From: Catajapyx aquilonaris
Lineage: Eukaryota
Length of the DNA: 64,000 bases
Direction: 5' to 3'
Assembly: GCA_000934665.2 (NCBI GenBank)
Contig: JYFJ02001649.1
Span: 1-64,000 of the forward strand
Shown in pieces: positions 58,385 through 64,000 of the stretch. The notes under the pieces are model-generated. The model did not search any database and was not told the DNA's origin. It saw only the letters and a program-made list of their open reading frames with translations. A program made the translations under genes and the position numbers. Numbering within the stretch: position 1 is the stretch's first letter; every line of letters begins with the position of its first letter.

Positions 58385-60637
58385 ATGGCAAGCTGCTTGT
58401 TAAGAATGGTCAAGTCTCCTCTGGTGATGGTAGCAGTGATGCTCGTCATGGTTAGTCATTAGCTTATAAGCTTCATAGCAATGTTGGCTGTGGGAGCTTA
58501 GGCAACAGTGCAACAAGGTGTTCCAGAGTCGAATATGCAATTTTTAAGCTCCTTTACTAACCAGACACACAGGTGGAACAACAATCAAAATGCACCGGAC
58601 TATTATTAGGGCAAAGGTGTTTCTTTTGTAAATTGATTCTATTGATCCCGGCATCTGAGCAATGATGTAATGAAATATTAATATTGAGAATTACGTTTCA
58701 AATTTTGTCGCTATAATTTCAACCAAGTTGCTAAACTATAGTGACGTGATTGTTTTCAGGCGAGTGTGATGGTTGACGACTGTGAAGGTGGCAGAGTAGG
58801 CGGAAGAGGAGGAGGCGGAAGAGGCGGCGGGGGAGGTGGTGGAAGAAGGGGCGGAGGCGGGTCAACGGGAGGTCACGGCACCGGAGGGTCGTCGGGAGGA
58901 ACCATCAGCCACGGAGGGTCAGCTTCAGCAGGAGGAGGGGCTGGCTGGAACACGGGTGGAGGAGGGTCGTCGTCTGGAGGATCAAGTGGTGGTGGACATC
59001 AGGTGCCTTCAGGGGGGTCAGGAGGTCAAGCGGCAGGCGGAGGAGCTGTTGCTGGTGGTGCGGCTGGAGCAGGTGGTAATTATGGCTGGAGAGACTCAGG
59101 AGGTCAAGGGGCCGGAGGAACGTCGGGTCAAGGGTCTGGAGGGGTACCTGGACAAGGGGGAGCTGGTGGACCAGGCAGATGGAGAGATCCAAGTCAAGGA
59201 GGAGCAGGAGGTCAAGGGGCAGTAGCACCACCAGGTCAAGGGTCTGGAGGGGTACCTGGACACGGGGGAGCTGGTGGACCAGGCGGATGGAGAGATCCAA
59301 GTCAAGGAGGAGCAGGAGGTCAAGGGGCAGTAGCATCACCAGGTCAAGGGCCAGGAGGAAACTATGGGTGGAGAGATCAAGGAGGTCAAGGGGCACTACC
59401 TGGTCAAGGGCCTGGAGGAGCTGGTGGACCAGGCGGATGGAGAGATCCAAGTCAAGGAGCAGGAGGTCAAGGAGGAGTGGCACCACCACCAGGTCAAGGG
59501 CCTGGAGGAAACTATGGGTGGAGAGATCAAGGAGGTCAAGGGGCACTACCTGGTCAATGGCCTGGAGGAGCTGGTGGACCAGGCGGATGGAGAGATCCAA
59601 GTCAAGGAGGAGCAGTAGGACCACCACCAGGTCAAGGACCTGGAGGCAACTATGGGTGGAGAGATCAAGGTCAAGGGGCAGTACCACCACCAGGTCAAGG
59701 GCCTGGAGGAAACTATGGATGGAGAGATCAAGGAGGTCAAGGGGCAGTACCGGCACCAGGTCAAGGGCCAGGTGGAAACTATGGGTGGAGGGATCCAGGA
59801 GGTCACGGCGCAGGTCACCGTCCAAACCAGCCCCAATGGCACGACAGAGATTCAATAAACAGGCAGGGGAGCAGTAGCAACAACAGAGGTCAATGGCAGC
59901 ACGGTGGAGGAGGCTGGTCAGGAGCTGGTGGCTATGGGCACAAACCAAAAAGTAGCCTCACCAAAAAATTAGCGGAGAAGGTCAAGGACACTTTTGCATT
60001 TCCAGGGAAGCACACCAGGGGCACTGTGTGGGGCGGAGGTTATGGCTATCACAACAAGCAGTACCGCCCGTCGTACCACTCTGGATGGAACACAGGTGGC
60101 AGTGCACTAGGAGGACTCATGCATGGTGGGCATCATCCTTGGGGTGCTTATGCGGGCACAATTGGAGGAGCCTACGTCGGATACCAGCTGGGTTCCAAAG
60201 TGTCCAAGAACATCCATCGCTTCATGTATGCAAGACCCAGCGTGTGGATCATTGCCAGCAGCAGCAGCCACGGCTGGCAGTGGAGGAGACGACACCGCGA
60301 CAATCGACATGACCCACTCAGATTTCACGGACACCGATTCTACATGCGACATTGGTATGGAAGTCACGTGCTGGAAGATAAATATGATTGGAACCTGGTT
60401 GGCATGGACATCAGCAATAGCACCAATGCGACACTTACTGACGACACAGAATTGTCAACCACTACTCTTCGACCAGGAATGCCTGTATGTGATTGGAGGA
60501 AGCAGCCACTATACTGCGCTGGTCTCGACTGCGCACAAGTGACAGAATATGACAAGCTACACTTTTTGCCATTCCATTGTTGCCATAAGCTCAGTCTTTC
60601 CATGCGGAACTGCCTCGATTTGGGAAATGACATTTGA
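58385..60637 (+). CDS. Orphan secreted Gly-rich repeat protein E with PrP/Shadoo-like layout and C-terminal 6-Cys domain, about 647 aa
   Basis: Exons 58385-58450 (MASCLLRMVKSPLVMVAVMLVM) and 58760-60637, phase 0. RGG N-terminus, ten WRD repeats, KPKSSLTKK, AGTIGGAYVGYQLGSKVSK, sequons NST and NAT, six Cys. AATAAA at about 60698. Confidence 0.8.
59073..59805 (+). repeat. Coding tandem repeats GQGPGGNYGWRDQGGQGA and GGAGGPGGWRDPSQG
   Basis: Ten WRD-centred units of two types, with TGGAGAGAT-type cores. Confidence 0.9.
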
Positions 60638-61974
60638 TATGTCTATTTACTCAGGTTGGACTTGAACACCAGTTAGTGTTATAAAAAATAATAGATAAAT
60701 AAATAAGAACAGCCAAACTCAGGATATTTCATCATTTTCAACCTTCAACATTGGACTTTGAAACATGTGTGGTGATTAGACCAGTAATGCCTCATTAATA
60801 AAACCTATATTAGTTTACTCGAGCTATATCTAACACTGTGAAGATATCAACACCAATTGCAAAGTTTCCTTTTGCGGAAATTCGTTTGTAACTTGCATGA
60901 CCTTGATTGCCCCGCATATACGCTATGAATATCGCTGTCAAAACACATGAATTAAATCCCTTACATTTCATGCTAACTTCATTACAGGCAGCGCAGGTGA
61001 CGGTCAATAGACATCAAATTCAACAATAAGCATTGTGTTTTAAATACAACATTCTACAGAATTGACGAATCTTCCAATGAGTTGTACCCTATCAGAAATA
61101 TCGGCTGATCGACCCCATTGTGTACACTTTTTATTACAACAGGTGAAGTAATAATTCGTCCCATTTTCACATCGTAAATAGTGTATATGACAGGTTTACG
61201 TCAGACTAAATGCGTTTTGATAGTTCATATCAAACTCGCCCATTTCCTTCCTCCCCTCCCCCCCTTACTTTGTCACAAACAATAACACGCAGATGACACT
61301 GGACGCTCTATAATGTCACAGTGAGTGTAAGTCAAGGACATCCAATTGCAATGCCAGGAGGGAATCTAGTTCCTCGTTAGCGCAAATTATGTAAATCCAC
61401 CGACTTTCCTCATTTCGACAGACAGTTCTCATCTGTTCTTCAGAAAAACTGTCGAACCCTGCGACCTTGAAAATCTTCCTGCAGATGTCTGTATGGCCAT
61501 ATTCACAGCAGAAGCAACACGTCAATGAAACATCTGCCATGTATGTGAGCCAGGTATGCATATGGTGCTGCATGATTAATAACACTTATAAGTCTACAAT
61601 GGCCAAGTTTTTCTGTGGCACACTTCACGATGTTGATGACACCTAATCATAGACAGTCATTTCCACAAGGCATTGTTCAAATTATCCTGCGTAAAATTCG
61701 CAATAGCCCTATTGTAACGAGACCCTGACTGTTGCTAATTTTCGACTCTATAACCTTTCTATAGTCTGTGGAAATAAATATAATCACCTGGTGCACATTC
61801 CATGCGAAATCCACCAATGACATTCCTCCACGAGTCACCATCAACATCTACAACTGGGCGTGCCTCACACTGTGTACAGTACGAAGCCCCAGATAAGATA
61901 TTGTCAAAATAACAACCACCACTGCAAATACCGCCGAAATTCATATACATCATATCCGACATAAATATAATTAT

Positions 61975-62088
61975 CCTCCTGAGACCTGGAGTACAGTATA
62001 CTGTACCTTTGTTTTTTTTACGCGTTTGAGTTAGTCAGGTGCTGGAAAAAACAAAGGTACAGTATACTGTACCAGGGGTCTCAGGAGG
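61975..62088. mobile_element. Short MITE, TIR CCTCCTGAGACC, 4-bp TSD TTAT
   Basis: ttat|CCTCCTGAGACCTGGAGTACAGTATACTGTACCTTTG ... CAAAGGTACAGTATACTGTACCAGGGGTCTCAGGAGG|ttat. Confidence 0.8.
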
Positions 62089-63389
62089 TTATTACAGAAA
62101 TTTTGTCCTCCCCAACCCTTTGTTAGTGTAACAATCGGATGGATTGTAGTTCGCAGCAGTTCGCAGTCATTTTGAAAATCCGCCACGTCACGAATTCCGT
62201 CCACGAGCCATGCGCGGATTGGCTACCCTCGACCAATGACGAGACAAACAGGGTTGGAAGAGCAGTATTGTATGTGGCAGGTTCAGCAGCAGACGAGCGA
62301 AACACTGGATCCATCATCAGGTACGGGCGGTACCTGCGACGGTCTGGGGATCAGCACGTCCAGGGAAAGGTCAGTGGTGACCCCCAGCAGGTCGCTTAGG
62401 AGTTATGTCGAGTTGGTGACACAAGGTTACGGGATACGGTACGGGTGTTGTAGGAAGCTGGTGACCTCGTTACATGTACCCATCTTCTGAGAGATTTTTT
62501 TTTTTTGAGAGGTTAGGATATGCTCAGGACATCCCCCAGGACCTTCGTTTAGCATGGGAAGTAAGCTGACTTTCACCCTGCCACACCCACTACACCTGCG
62601 GAGTACATTTTTTAAAAAACCATTGTTGCAGTCAGCTGTGACCTTTTTGCAGGTTGCCCATTTCGCAAATATTAAGTCCGTGCCACAAAAAGTACTATTG
62701 CACGTAAGCAATTTACCAACAGTAATACCGTTACAACCTCTATTGTTATTCCAACACCTGTGACCTACAACTTGATAAGGGTATAAAAATTGGTCTGAAT
62801 TTTTCAATTGGCAATGCTGTGTAAACAAGCACTCCTGCAAATTGTGGCTGGCAAGGACATTCCGGCCAAAGATTCCGGCAGCAATCTGGCTGCGCACACA
62901 CACATCCTGGGCGTCATGTTAGTACCCTTTTGCCTGCCTCACATATATATTTTTTTATCTTTCCTTTGCATACCCCCCCCACACCTCCCCTGCATGCATC
63001 CCTATGATGTAAGCATTCATATACACCCATAAAAAGGAGGAAGGGAGCTTCGTGACTTATTCAACTAAAACTGACATGCGGCTTTTTCTTTCAAAAGTTT
63101 CCTTTGTTGATGTTGGGTCACGTGATTATTTTCCTAAATGTCTTGTGCCTGCCTGGGTGTTTGCCAGTGGTTGAGACAGACCATGGGAAGGGGCTTTCCC
63201 AATGACAACCTGGGGGAGGAGGGATGAGGGGGGGGGGGGGTTGCCTGGCACCTGTCCATGGATACCAGCATCATGCAGGGTTTGTTGTACCCTTTTTTAG
63301 GTGACAAAAAAGAGCAGGAGCATTGCCACTGACAAGAAGCAAGTCATCTAGTCCAGAGGAACAGCGGTAGAGGTACAGAGACAGTCGAG

Positions 63390-63479
63390 ATGGCAGAAGG
63401 CGGCGGCGGCGGAGGAGGGTATGACCCGTGCGAATGCATCTGGGACCACGAGTATGCCATGAGGAGACTCATTTCCATT
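63390..63479 (+). CDS. SMIM14: Small integral membrane protein 14, first coding exon (gene continues beyond the window)
   Basis: MAEGGGGGGGYDPCECIWDHEYAMRRLISI|gtaagt matches the SMIM14 N-terminus (MAEGGFDPCEC...HEHAMRRLI). Acceptor at 63300; a probable non-coding exon ends at donor 62321. Confidence 0.88.
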
Positions 63480-64000
63480 GTAAGTGCTAATCTGTTTATA
63501 GATCTGTGGATGTAACGAGTTTCATTGAAGCCTAGTCTCATTGACTTGATTGAAATTATTAATCAGGAGCATTATTTTGAGATGGCAGTGGCCACTTACA
63601 CATCAATGTGACGTACCAATACTGTTCCATTTCCTGAACACAACTATGACTTTTTCCCATGATTCCATGGAGATGTAAAAGTAAAGAGTGTCAACAATAG
63701 GACACTCCCACTTCTGAAATTGTTCTATTGTTGACACTGTTTATTCTTTTTGTTGACTGTAACAGAAGGAAGCCATTTCAGAAAAAAGCCATAGTAGCGT
63801 TCAGGAAACGTTCAAAAAGGACCTAATTACCTTAGGCCCGGCATGCAGAATTGCGTAACTGCTGTTTTGCAGTGTGGGGGGAAAAAATTGACTGAATTGA
63901 AAGACTATAAATTCTGCCTAATCGAGAAGCACTGGGAAAATGTGCAAATAAAACTTATCATGTCAACCAGCTGGCAAGCAACAGTTCTTGATAAAAGTAA

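Noticed and set aside
59073..59805. Regularly spaced repeats superficially like a CRISPR array
   Set aside because: In-frame coding repeats without unique spacers, in a eukaryotic gene, with no cas genes.
58836..59948. Alternative-frame and antisense ORFs over gene E (Arg/Ser-rich 232 aa, Leu/Asp-rich 347 aa)
   Set aside because: Shadow frames of the Gly-repeat coding sequence.

Overview
This is eukaryotic, intron-containing animal DNA, most likely a non-insect arthropod. That assignment is an inference from the arthropod-type Ataxin-2 N-terminus, the P2X receptors and a DRE motif. Gene models were built by hand from GT-AG junctions, and the phases close in frame. In order: an RRM+F-box+LRR gene (1.6-6.5 kb, +); an uncharacterised EHD/dynamin-like P-loop NTPase with two C-terminal hydrophobic segments (8.7-21.3 kb, +); Ataxin-2 (23.4-32.1 kb, +); a tandemly duplicated head-to-head unit of P2X receptor (-) and C19orf53/UPF0390-like gene (+) (33.1-43.9 kb); DRC10/IQCD (46.8-48.6 kb, -); five co-oriented, probably secreted orphan genes (49.6-60.6 kb, +); and the first coding exon of SMIM14 (63.4 kb, +). 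Introns hold many MITEs (Tc1/mariner/pogo, PIF/Harbinger, Sola-like, piggyBac-like, hAT-like) and tRNA-derived SINEs. The most unusual features are in the secreted cluster: three members share an unrecognised C-x(5-12)-C-[RT]-W-[VE]-C-T...C-C six-cysteine module, and the last member has a prion-protein/Shadoo-like layout. Also notable: the two C19orf53 copies are near-identical although their P2X partners are strongly diverged, and filled and empty alleles of one Harbinger MITE sit side by side across an N upstream of Ataxin-2.
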